Source: Eledone cirrhosa (lineage: Eukaryota). Taken from it: a stretch of DNA of 64,000 nt. The position numbers were made by a program, and so were the translations under genes. Under the pieces are notes generated by a model that saw only the letters and a program-made list of their open reading frames with translations, had not been told where the DNA came from and did no database searches. The stretch lies in the NCBI GenBank assembly GCA_964016885.1, contig OZ024741.1:380370001-380434000 (forward strand). Reading direction: 5' to 3'. This document shows, in pieces, positions 38,916 to 49,800 of this stretch. The first letter of the stretch is position 1. Every line of letters starts with the position of its first letter.

Positions 38916-40909
38916 TTACCTTACTTCTCGTAGGGGAAGGACGGTTTTTCCATCCTTTTCACTGCTTGTGGCCTCCTCAGGAAGGATATCCTTATAAATC
39001 CTCCTGGAGAGTGCTTGTCGGAAGTCTCCGATGTCTTTGGGGAATTTTTGTTTTAGTGTCATGTACGTTTTCTGTGTGATGCGAGTGATTTGTATGTGTG
39101 GAGGTTGTGTGAATTTTGGGGTTGTTGTGTAGTCTTTTTCTGTGATGCTGGTGTTGTGTTGGATGTAGTGTAATAATTGCTTGTTGTTCAAATTTAATGC
39201 TGTATAGTGTGTATCGTTTTGGTTGTTTTGTTTTGTTTGCGTTTGTTGTGGGTTTGTTTCTGTTTCGCATTTTGGTGACTTTTGTGGTATAGGTGATGGT
39301 GGTGTTGGAGTTAATGATGGTGATGGTGTTGGTGTTTGGGTTGATGGGGTTGGTGATGCTGGTGTAGATGGTGGCATATCTGTCCTAACTTTTTTGTTTC
39401 TTAGTTTATTTGTTTCCCTCTGTATTTTGTTTTTGGAGGGGGAAGGAAGAGAATTTTTTCTTTTTGGGTTTCTTTTTTTTTTCCGGATATCGTTTCCCAC
39501 TCCTCGTCGTCACAATCTGTCTCCAGTTGTGATAGGCCGGGGAGTGGAAAATCCTCCACAGCCGTTAGTTTTGGTTGTGGTGTGGTGGATGGTGTAGGCG
39601 CTGGTGCTAGTTCTGAAGCGTTGGGTGGTGGTGGTGTTGGTTTTGCTGGTGGAGGTAGTGGTGTTGGTTTTGCTACTGTTGCTGGGGTTGTTGCTGTTAT
39701 AGTTGCTTTTGTTGTTGCTGCTACAGTTGTTGCTGCCATCTCTGCTACTGGTGGTGTTGATGGTTGTGTCACTGGGGTGGGTAGGAGAGGTGGCCTCAAC
39801 CTTTTAGCCTGAGGGCAGAAAGCCCTTAGGTGGGTTCCTTCACCACAAACGACACACCTAGGTCTTCTGACCTCGACAATTACCGTGAGGTGGCTGCCGT
39901 CAGTGAGGTCTATTACCTCTGGGATCTCCTCAATGCTTTTTTGGTCCGCTTGGATTAGGAGCTCCATCCCAGATCCGGACCAGTTTTCCTGCTTTTCTTT
40001 TGCTATTGCTATTATTTTCGTGTTGGCTTCGATGCCGGCGAGGACAGCCGCTATTAGCCAGGGAATTTCGATGGCCGGTAGAACGTGGGTCACCCTGATC
40101 TTTAAGAGTCTCTGGCCACAATAGCTTGGGACGAGTGTGAAGTCGTCACTTTTTAATGGGGCCATGGAGTGTTTTCTAGCCTCCTCTGGTGTTTCAAAGA
40201 ACACATCCACGGTTCCATACTTTTGCCCACGTCTGATGTGGGTTTTTCTTGCCCACACATGTCCCAAAGCTTTTTGGATTTGGGACTCGGATGCCCGTTC
40301 CACTCGGCGCGATTTTACATTTATTGTTCTATACGACACGGTGCATAGGCGCCGATGCTCCATTTTATTAGGTGTGGGGGTGAGGCTGACCCTGTACCCA
40401 TCTTTATTTACCATTTGTTTGGCATTTTCTAAATCCTCTTGAGTTACCGTGAATGCTTCAAATTGTTTTGCCACTATGGCGAAACTGAGGGTCGGTTTTA
40501 TAATGTCATTGTTGTTGTTGTTGCTATCGTTATTTGTGTTAATATTAATTTTAGTTTCAGTTGTGGTGGTGGTGACGTCAGTCGTCTTTGGTGCGGAAGA
40601 GTCCATTTTGCTTAATTTCATTTCGACACCACGAGTTAATTTATTTTTTTCTTCTTTTGTTTCTGTTGTCGCGGTGGTGGTGGGGGTGGTGGCTGTCGCG
40701 GTGGTGGTGGTGGTGGAGGCTTTAACACCTGCAGTCATTGGTAATGGCGGGAAATGAATGTCTGCCTGAGACAAATTTAAAATATTGCTACTGCTTATAT
40801 TTTTTTTTGTGTTGGCAAACGTAGTAACATTTACAATGGTGGTGTCGGTGTGAGGTGTTATTTTGTGAGGAAGGCTTTCAGCTGCTTCGTGCAGAGGGGA
40901 ATTAGCCAT
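38916..40909 (-). pseudogene. Copy A ORF1: RRM-like region + CCHC knuckle + Pro/Thr-rich linker + C-terminal domain, frame change at A10 (39473-39482)
   Basis: ATG at 40909 (MANSPLH). CVVCGEGTHLRAFC knuckle. The C-terminal block continues in ORF 38916-39500. Confidence 0.85.
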
Positions 40910-41116
40910 TTTTTTCAAAGAAATTTTTGGATAATAATAAAAGTTAAAATTTAGGGCACAAGGCCCCAATCTTTTTGGGTGTCCTTTTCGGAAAACAATG
41001 TATGTGTGCTTATAAACAGTTAACAATAAAATTTTCCATAAATGGCAATTTTTAACAAACGGAAATAACAAACCTTTGCGGAGCTCACGATGATACGATT
41101 TACTACGTAGGTCGCC

Positions 41117-41167
<51 letters not shown>

Positions 41168-41419
41168 AATAATAATGTTTTCTTTATTAACCACAAGGGT
41201 TCACATAAAGTTGACATTAAGGACAGTACAGGACAATACAGGACGGTACAAATGGGCATTTCTGCGTGTAAAAAACAGAGGTTGAAATAAAATAACAAAG
41301 AAAAAATTCCCCAATAGGGGGGAGACTTCCAAGGGACATTTGTGGAGAAAGCCCATTAAAAGACCACAGTGGCCCTGACCACCAGGGCAAGTGTCCTCTC
41401 CCAGTTTTCCACCTTTAAT

Positions 41420-44400
41420 TTACAGACACATACTCAGAGTAGGCCCATTCACTCGAGCCATTCTTGCCTCTATCACCCATCTTTCAACAAAATGCTGGGA
41501 AGAGAGCACTTCCCTTTCTACCCTGATTTTCCTTTTTAAATGAAATTTGAAAAAGTTAATCAGGGCATCACCGAAGAGGTAATTGCTCGTCTTCAGCCCT
41601 TTCAAACGTGTCCACCATAATATCTCTTTCGCAATGGCCACCACGCAGATAAAAACTGCCTGCCCTTCCCGGCTAAAGGAAGAGGGCTGGGCAATTCTCA
41701 CGATGGACTCAGCTGATAGCTGGATCCGTCCTACACACGACAGCAGGTGTTCGACATAAACCCACAAGTCAGCAATGCTCGGACACTGGACGAGTGCGTG
41801 CAGGACGGTTTCGTCGCCCTGCACGCATCTCGGACATACCCGGCTGATTGCACCTCCATTCCTGTAGAGTTTATCCCGAACTGGCAAAGCTCATCGGTAG
41901 CACTGCCATGCCAGGGATTTCTGGAAGTTGTCCATAGGCCCCGGCCCGAAAGTTCTTCCGAAGAGATTGGCTAGTTGATTTTCGTCGACGCCTAGATTTT
42001 CTCCAAGTACGTCGTCGCTCTTCCCCTCCACTAATCCCCTATAGAACGCCAAGGTGGAGTTTTCAGCGATCACATTGCTCGACTTTTCAGGGATAGCTTC
42101 CTCTCCGTCCATTTCTGGGTGAGAGAAGCCACCCTGCTCGTCACCTCGTCCCAGTTTTTGTCCGTCTGGAGATACGGACCGAACCAGATCCCGAGCAATT
42201 TAACTGGTCCGTCCGTCCAGCGCCCGACGACGCTGTTGGAAGGCATGGACCTGCCTCTCCAGGTGCCAAGCTGCAGGCCCACTGACTTTTCGTGGTTGAT
42301 CTTTGCTCCTGTCACCGCTTTGTATTCTCTTAATGTAGTGCCGATCGCCACGATGTGTTTGGCGTTCGACACCACTACGGTGACATCGTCCGCATATGCT
42401 GACACAGATCTTCCACATCCTAGTTCGCGAGGGACCCCACTCAACGTCTCCAGTTTGTGCAGTAATGGCTCGAGAGTCAATACGTACAAGAGGGAAGAGA
42501 GGGGACATCCTGGGCGGACCGAGCGCATGATGTTGAACGGTTCCGAAAGGTGACCGTTCACTCTCACCACAGAGCAGATGTCGCTGTGCATGGCAGCGAT
42601 CCAGCCTCTGAAGACGGGCCCAAAGCCAGCCGCCCTCAGGACTGCCGCAAGGTAACGATGCTCGACCCTATCGAAAGCTTTCGACTGATGTAAATTGATC
42701 AAGGACCCACCCGTGCCAGGTTCCCTAGCTACCCTCTCTACGATGTATCGCATGAGGTGGAGGTTGTCGTGGATGGATCTGTCGGGAATGGCGTATGTCT
42801 GCGCCTCTCCCACCAGACCACCGACGACAAGCGCCAACCTCTTTGCTAGCACCTTGGCCAAAACCTTGAACTCTATGTTTAGCAGAGTTATGGGCCTAAA
42901 ATTATCTATGTTATCACTTTGTACGGATCCTTTCTCTGCAGCGCCACAGCTCCTCGGCTCACAGAGCTGGGAATTCTCCCGTTCTGTTGCAGTTGCAGTA
43001 GACGTCCGCCAAGAGGCCTCCGAACAAATCTGGCATCTGTACGTAAAGTTCATAGGGCAGACCATCCAAACCAGGCGGTTACCCCTTATGCAGCTAGTCA
43101 TTGCCTCCCGTACTTCAGCGGCTGTTATTCGCTTTTCGCATCACTCCGCCTCAGTGGCCGAGAGCCGCGGCAGTCCGTCGAGGTAGACAATAAAGTCCAT
43201 CCCTCGATCCGGCTCGCCGCTGCCCCCGTACAACTGAGCGAAGTGTGGCTGAAAAGCTTCACACATTTTCCCGGGATCGAGTCGCATGCGCCGGTCGTGG
43301 ACCACCAAAGACCGGACATGGCGTTGTTGCCACGACGCGCCTCCGCCACTCGGGCCCATTGAACGGCTTTCGTCCCCTCGTGTCTGAGAGCACGCACCCT
43401 AGCTCTGACAACGCAGCCTTCGTGCTTTGCATTGAAGAATTGGTCAAGGAACAATTTCACCAAAAGTACGTCGGTCGCGATGCCTTTGCTAAGCGCCTTG
43501 TCTAATTTTCTAACTAATTCTCGCTCTGCTCTATTTTTCTCTATTGCTAAAGCCTTACTAAACCTAATGGACTCTATTCTAATTGCTCTTTTCAGAGCAA
43601 ACCACCACTTGTTGACGATGGCCCCCGTCAACGCCCGCTTAACTAGTTCGCTAATCCGGTCTCTTTAGGCCTTTCGCGCTGGTAAGGACGCGTTTAGCTT
43701 CCAGTAGCCGGGTCCTCGTCTATGAAGCCTATCTTAGTCAAGCACACAGATCACGAAAAATGTGTGGTCCGTGTAGCTGACTATCTTGAATTGTGGACAG
43801 CCTATTCTAGACCTATCTATTTCTCTATAAAATATTCTATCTAGATATGATCTGGATGACCCTATGCGATTTGTCCAAGTCCAGATTGGCACTTTCGTCA
43901 AATCCAATCGGTACCTGTCAGACAATTAAAAACGCCTGAGCAGGTTGGTGAGGCTCTTGCACCCTCCTCCCCTATCCGCCAATACCACACAGTCCCAGCG
44001 TGCATCTAAGATCCCGTTCCAGTCGCCCACTAACACTAAAGAGCGGGACGTTCCAAGAAAGATCTCCAGACGCCGGAAGAAATCAGGCCGCCCTGCTCCT
44101 GTCGGGGCATAGACGGCCACTAGCCTGAAAGCTTGCCCGTCTCCGCTGGTCACGTCTAGTACCACCAACTTACCTTCTGGGTCCAAGAAGATGGCCCGTA
44201 TGGCGAGATCCAAACCTCTCTGGAAAAGCACAGCAACTCCCCCCCCCCCCGATCCTGGACATCTGAGAGATGCGTACACATCGTAGCCGCCGAAGATCGG
44301 TGCGAAGGCCCGTGCTTCGGAGATTCTGGTCTCGCTGATGGCCACTACATCTATGTTTACTGACCTGAGGTCGTTGAGCAGGTGGCCCTGCTTCCATGAC

Positions 44401-44447
44401 AACCCCAAGCCATGCGCATTTATGCTGCCTATTCTGAGTGAGGTCAT
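41420..44447 (-). pseudogene. Copy B ORF2 (several stops/frameshifts, ~390-bp deletion at ~42077)
   Basis: ORF pieces 43926-44447, 43734-43925, 43125-43631, 42070-43101, 41891-42112 and 41420-41887 are colinear with copy A ORF2. Confidence 0.9.
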
Positions 44448-44481
44448 GTTGAAATGGAGTGGAAAAGATGGGAAAGACCAC

Positions 44482-46500
44482 TTACCTTACTTCTTCTCGC
44501 AGAGGAAGGATGGTTTCACCATCCCTTTTCACTTGATTGTCTGGTGAATGGACCGTTGAATCGCCCCTTCGGCTGGTCGTCGGCTCTTCTGTGAGTATAT
44601 CCGAATATACCCTCCGGTTGAGTGTCCCTCCTAGGCCTCTGAAATCACCAACTGCGTTGGGGAATTTCGTTTTAATGTCTGTGTATTGTTTCTGTGCTAT
44701 TTTTACCAGTCTTATGTTCGTTGGTGTTTTGATTGGTGCTGGTAGTGTGTAGTCTTGCTGTGAAATGTCTGTGTGTTCAGTTATGTAAGTCATTAATTTT
44801 TTGTTATGTGTATTTATTGCTGTGCATTTGTTTTTCTGGAGGTGGGGTGTGGTTCTGCTATTTACTTGTCGTTGTTGCTGGGTGTGTGTGTTTCGTGGTG
44901 TTTGCGATGTTGGTGCTTGTTGTGGTGGTGTTGAAGGTGTTGTTGTTGATAGCGGTGGGGTTGCCGCCGGTGGTGATGGTGGTGCTAGTGTGGGTGGTGA
45001 TGGTGTTGGTGGTGTTGCTGCTGTAAATCTTTTTGCAGTAGCCTTTACCCTTTTTTCGTTTCTTTCCTCCCTTTTCGAAGGCGACGATGCGCTGCTTCTG
45101 CGTTTGTGCCTTCTTGTGACCTTTTGCCATCCCTCTCCCACCTTACACTCCATGTCCGATTCTGTGAGGTCGGGGAGGGGTACCATCTCCACTCTTTCAC
45201 TTGTTGTTGTTGGTGATGTTTGCAGTGGAGTCTCTGTTGCAGCTGAAGTTGGTATTGCTGTTGTTGTTGTTAATACTTCCACTGCTGCTCCTGTTCTTGA
45301 TTTCCGTGGCGTGGGTATGGGTGCCACGGACCTATCCTTCCTGGTTGCTGCCTGTCCTGTTGCTCGTAGCAGTGGGGCCGTTTTCGGAAGGAGGGCTGTT
45401 TTCTCTTTTCTCAGGGTGTTCTCATTGCAGAAGGCCTTGAGGTGAGTATTCGATCCACAACGAAAGCATTTCGGGCGTTTGCCCTCAACACTTATGGGCA
45501 GTTGAGTGCCGTTATCGAAGTCTATCACATCCGGGATAGCTTCGAAACACTCTTGGTTGGTTTGGATTCACATCTCAATGGAGGTGCCGACCCAATCTTC
45601 TCGTACTTTTTTCTGTACTTGCAGTACAGTTGTTTTGTCCTCGATTCCGACGAGGGCAGACACGGCCAGCCAAGAAGGGGCCATCCCGGGGGAGACGTGG
45701 GTCAGTTTGACCCTCACAATTTTTTGTCCGCAGTAGGAGGGCACCAACACCATTTCCTCGCTCCTTAGGGTCACTAAGGATTGAGTCTTTGCCTCCTGGG
45801 GTGTTGCAAAAATCACATCCACGGTGGCATATTTCTTGCCTAGGGTGATATGCGTTTTCCGCTGCCACACAGACCCTAAGGCTTTTTGTATTTGAGCCTC
45901 TGTGGCCCTTTTAACCCTACGGGATTTTGTGCTTACTGTACGGTACGTGACCGTACAGTGCTGTTGGATTACGAAAAATTTTTCGGCTGCCTTGCAGATT
46001 GCTCGGTGTCCAGTTTTCGTCACCATCTCCTTTGCTTCCTGTAATTCCTCATTTGTTATAAGGATGGTTTTCAGGTTCTTTGCGATACCTGCAAACGAGA
46101 TTGGTTTTTCTTTGTTGTTGTTGTTGTCGTCGTCAGAGCTGCTGTTACTTTTGTTGTGGCTGCTGTTACTACGACTGCCGCCGCCGCTGTTGCTGTGGTT
46201 GTTGTTGTTGTTGCTGCTGCTGCTGTTTTTGTTGCTGTTGCTGCTAATGCTGCTGATGCTGTTGCGGCTGCTACTGTTGTTTTCCTTGTCACTGTTGCTG
46301 CTGCTGCTGTTGTTATTACGGCTGCTACTGCTATTATTCATGACGTCAGATGAATGAAATGGCTTTTCGTATTTACCGCACTCCTTTTTCGTCGTTGTCG
46401 TCGTCTTGTAGAAATGTTCCACGTTTTGCACGTGATTTTGGAAACTATTTTTCTTTACTGGCGTCGCTTGAGAAAAAAGAAGGGAGGGAGAGAGACACAT
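44482..46500 (-). pseudogene. Copy B ORF1 (second type), one in-frame TGA at 45568-45570
   Basis: Poly-Ser/Asn N-terminus, CTVTYRTVSTKSRRVKRATEAQIQKALG, CFRCGSNTHLKAFC knuckle. The two ORFs are in the same frame. Start codon uncertain. Confidence 0.85.
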
Positions 46501-46822
46501 TTAGAGAAGGGAGGGAGAGAGACAGTCATCTCTCTGGTGTAGTGACGATTGAGGAAGAAGAAGACGGAATGAGTGGGAGTAACTTGTGAAAATTCTTTTT
46601 TGTAGCCTTGTTTTTTTGGTTTAAAATAAATATTGGGCACAACACCCCAATAAGCGGTTATTTAACCCCGAAGGGCCATATAACGGGCAGAAATACCCCA
46701 CTCACGAGGAGGATGGTGTTTTTGTATACAATTTGGTTAAAGTTTTAAACAATTTACAATTGTTATAGCGGTTAAAATTTACTATACCTTACAGAGCCGA
46801 GCCTCCGTCAACCATGGCATTC

Positions 46823-46834
46823 AATAATAATAAT

Positions 46835-46873
<39 letters not shown>

Positions 46874-49800
46874 TAATGCTTTCATTATTAATCACAAAGG
46901 TTGACACAAGGTATAACATTAAGGACAATACAGGACAATACAGGACTGTACGAATGGGTATTTCTGCGTGAAAAAAAAAATCAGAGGATGTAAAAAAAAG
47001 AAACAATGAAAAATTCCCCAATAGGTGGGAGACTTCCGAGGGACATTCATGGAGAAAGCCAATTATAAAAGCCACGGCGACCCTGACCACCAGGGCAAGT
47101 GCCCTCTCCCAGTTTTCCACCTTTAATTTACAGGCACATACTCGGCCATTCTTGCCTCTCTCACACATCTTTCAACAAAATGCTGGGAAGAGAACACTTC
47201 CCTCTCTACCATGATTTTCCTTTTCAAATGAAATTTATAAAAGTTAATCAGGGCATCACCGAAGAGGTAAGTGCTCGTCTTCAGCGCTTTCAAACACGAC
47301 CACCATACTATCTCTTTTGCCATGGCCACCAAACAGATAAAAACTGCCTTCCCTTCCCGGCTAAAGGAAGAGGTGGAGCAATCCTCACGATGGACTCAGC
47401 TGATAGCCGGATCCGTCCTACACGCAACAGCAGATGTTCGACATAAACCCACAAGTCAGCAATGCTCGGACACTGGCTGAGTGCGTGCAGGATGGTTTCA
47501 TTGCGCTGCGCGCATCTCGGATGTGACTGGCTAATGGCACCTTCATGCTTGTAGAGTTTATCCCGAACTGGCAAAGCTCCCCAGCAGCACTGCCAGTCCA
47601 GGGATTTCTGAAGTTGTACAGAGGCCCCGGCCCGAAAGTCCTCTCAAAAAGATTGGCTAGTTGATTTTCGTCGATGCCCAGAGTCTCCCAAAGTACGTCG
47701 TCACTCTTCCCCTTCACTAATCCTCTATACAACGACAAGGTGAAGTTTCCACCAATCGCATTGCCCGACTGGTCGGGGGATGTGAGCGCCTGAATACATT
47801 CCAGTGTCCAAGCACTCCTCTCAGTCTTCGCTTGACCCAGGACTGCAGCTCCGTCAAGAAGACGTGCTGGGGAAACTCACGTCTAACACACGGCGACCAC
47901 ACCTGATCACCGTCGAGGAAGAGGTGGGGATGTCGTAGCCTGAACGCGTGTCTGCGCATCATCAGCCACGACATGCCCACCCCTCCATGTAGCGCGTGTT
48001 GACAGCAGATGGATCACCTGACCATCAGAGCACGTTCCTTCCACAAAAAGCAAAAGAGCAAATTGTCCAGCGCAGTCAGGCGAGGCTTAGGACAAGGCCC
48101 AATGTTGGACGGCATGGACCTGCCACTCCAGGTGCTGAGCTGCTGGCCCACCGACTTGTATGGTCGATCATTGCTCCTGTCCCCGTCTCGTATTATCTTA
48201 GTTTAGTCCCAATCACCTCGATGTGTTTTTGCATTCAAAACTACTACGATGACATCGTCTGCATATGCTGACATGGATCTTCTGCATTCCAGTTCTCGCG
48301 GGAGCCCCCTCAATGTCTCCAGTTTGTGCAGTAATGTCTCGAGAGTCAATACGTACAACAGGGACAAGAGGGGACATCCTTGGCGGACCGAGCGCATGAT
48401 TGCTGAACGATTCCGAAAGGTGACCGTTCACTTTCACCACAAAGCAGATGTTGCTTTGCATGGCAGCGATCCAGCCTCTGAAGACGAGCCCAAAAGCCAG
48501 TTGCCCTGATGACTGCTGCCAGATAATGATGGTCGACCCTATCGAAAGCTTTCGACATCTAAATTGATCAAGGACCCACCCATGCCAGTTTCCCTAGCTA
48601 CCCTCTCTACGATGTATCACATGAGGTGGAGGTTGTAGTGGATGGATCTCTCTTGAATGGGGAATGTCTGTGCCTCTCCTACCAGACCACCAACAACAAG
48701 AGCCATCCCTTTGCTGGCACCCTGACCAAAATCTTGAACTCTGTGTGTAGCAGATTTATGTGCCTGAAATTATCTCGGTTATCCCCCTTGTTCGATCCTT
48801 TCTCAGCAGCGCCACTGCTCCTCGGCTCACAAAGCTGGGAATTCTCCCGTTCTGTTGCCAGTTGCATTAGACGTCCGCCAAGAGCTATCCAAACAAGCCT
48901 GGCATGTGTACGTAAAGTAAGTAGGGCAGACCATCCAAACCAAGCGATTTATCTCTTCTGCAGCCAGTCATTGCCAACCGTACTTCAACAGTTGTTATCG
49001 GATTTTCGCAACACTCCGCTGCAGTGGCTAAGTTCATCGATGTGGGCGCTAAAGTCCAACCTGTGATGCGGTCCGCCGCTGCTCTTGAAAAGCTGGGCGA
49101 AGTGTCGCTGAAAAGCTTCACACATTTGCCCGGGATCGAGTAGCTTGCACCCGTCATGTTCCACCAAAGACCGGATCGTGGCTTTGTTGCCACAACGCGC
49201 TCCGCCACTCGGGTCCATTGAACAGCTTTCGTCCCCTCATGACTGAGAGTAAGCACCCTAGCTCTCACAACTCAGCCTTCGTCCTTTGCATAGAAGAATT
49301 GGTCGAGGACCAATTTTGCCACAAGCACATCGGTCGCGATGCCTTTACTAAGCGCTTCATCTAATTTTCATACTAGTTCTCCCTCTGCTCTATTTTTCTC
49401 TATTGCTAACGCCTTACTAAACCGAATCGTCTCTATTCTAATCGCTCTTTTCAGAATAAACCACCATTTATTGTTGACGATGGCCCCTGTCAATGCCCGC
49501 TTAACTAGTTCGCTAATCCAGTCTCTGTAGGCCTTGCGCGCTGGTAAGGACGCGTTTAGCTATAGGTAGCCGGGTCCCTGTCTATGAAGCCTATCTAAGT
49601 CAACCACACAGATCACGAATTTGTAGTCCGTATTGGCGACTATCTGGAATTGTGGACAGCCTATGCTAGACCTATCTATTTCCTTACAAAATACCCTATA
49701 TAGATATGATCTGGATGACCCGATGTGGTTTGTTTAAGGCCACACTGGCACATACGGGAAATCCAGTCGGCACCTGTCAGACAGTTAAAAACGTCCTAGC

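Larger units (their letters stand above)
35192..41116 (-). mobile_element. Tx1-like (L1 group) LINE copy A, full length, least decayed
   Basis: 5'UTR ~207 nt, ORF1, 34-nt spacer, ORF2 (APE-RT-CCHC), 3'UTR with AATAAA and (TTA)n tail. Confidence 0.92.
41117..46822 (-). mobile_element. Tx1-like copy B, full length, alternative ORF1/5'UTR, decayed ORF2
   Basis: (TTA)n tail at 41117-41176. 3'UTR and ORF2 are closely similar to copy A, ORF1 only distantly similar. Confidence 0.92.

Noticed and set aside
41060-41085. Possible 5'UTR intron donors (AAG|GTTTGT in A, AAG|GTATAG in B)
   Set aside because: Weak matches, and no acceptor evident before the ORF1 ATG in A.
40910-41194. N-terminal 95 aa of the 597-aa ORF (poly-Ile)
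   Set aside because: It is read-through of copy B's (TTA)n tail and copy A's 5'UTR from a non-ATG start. The plausible start is the ATG at 40909.
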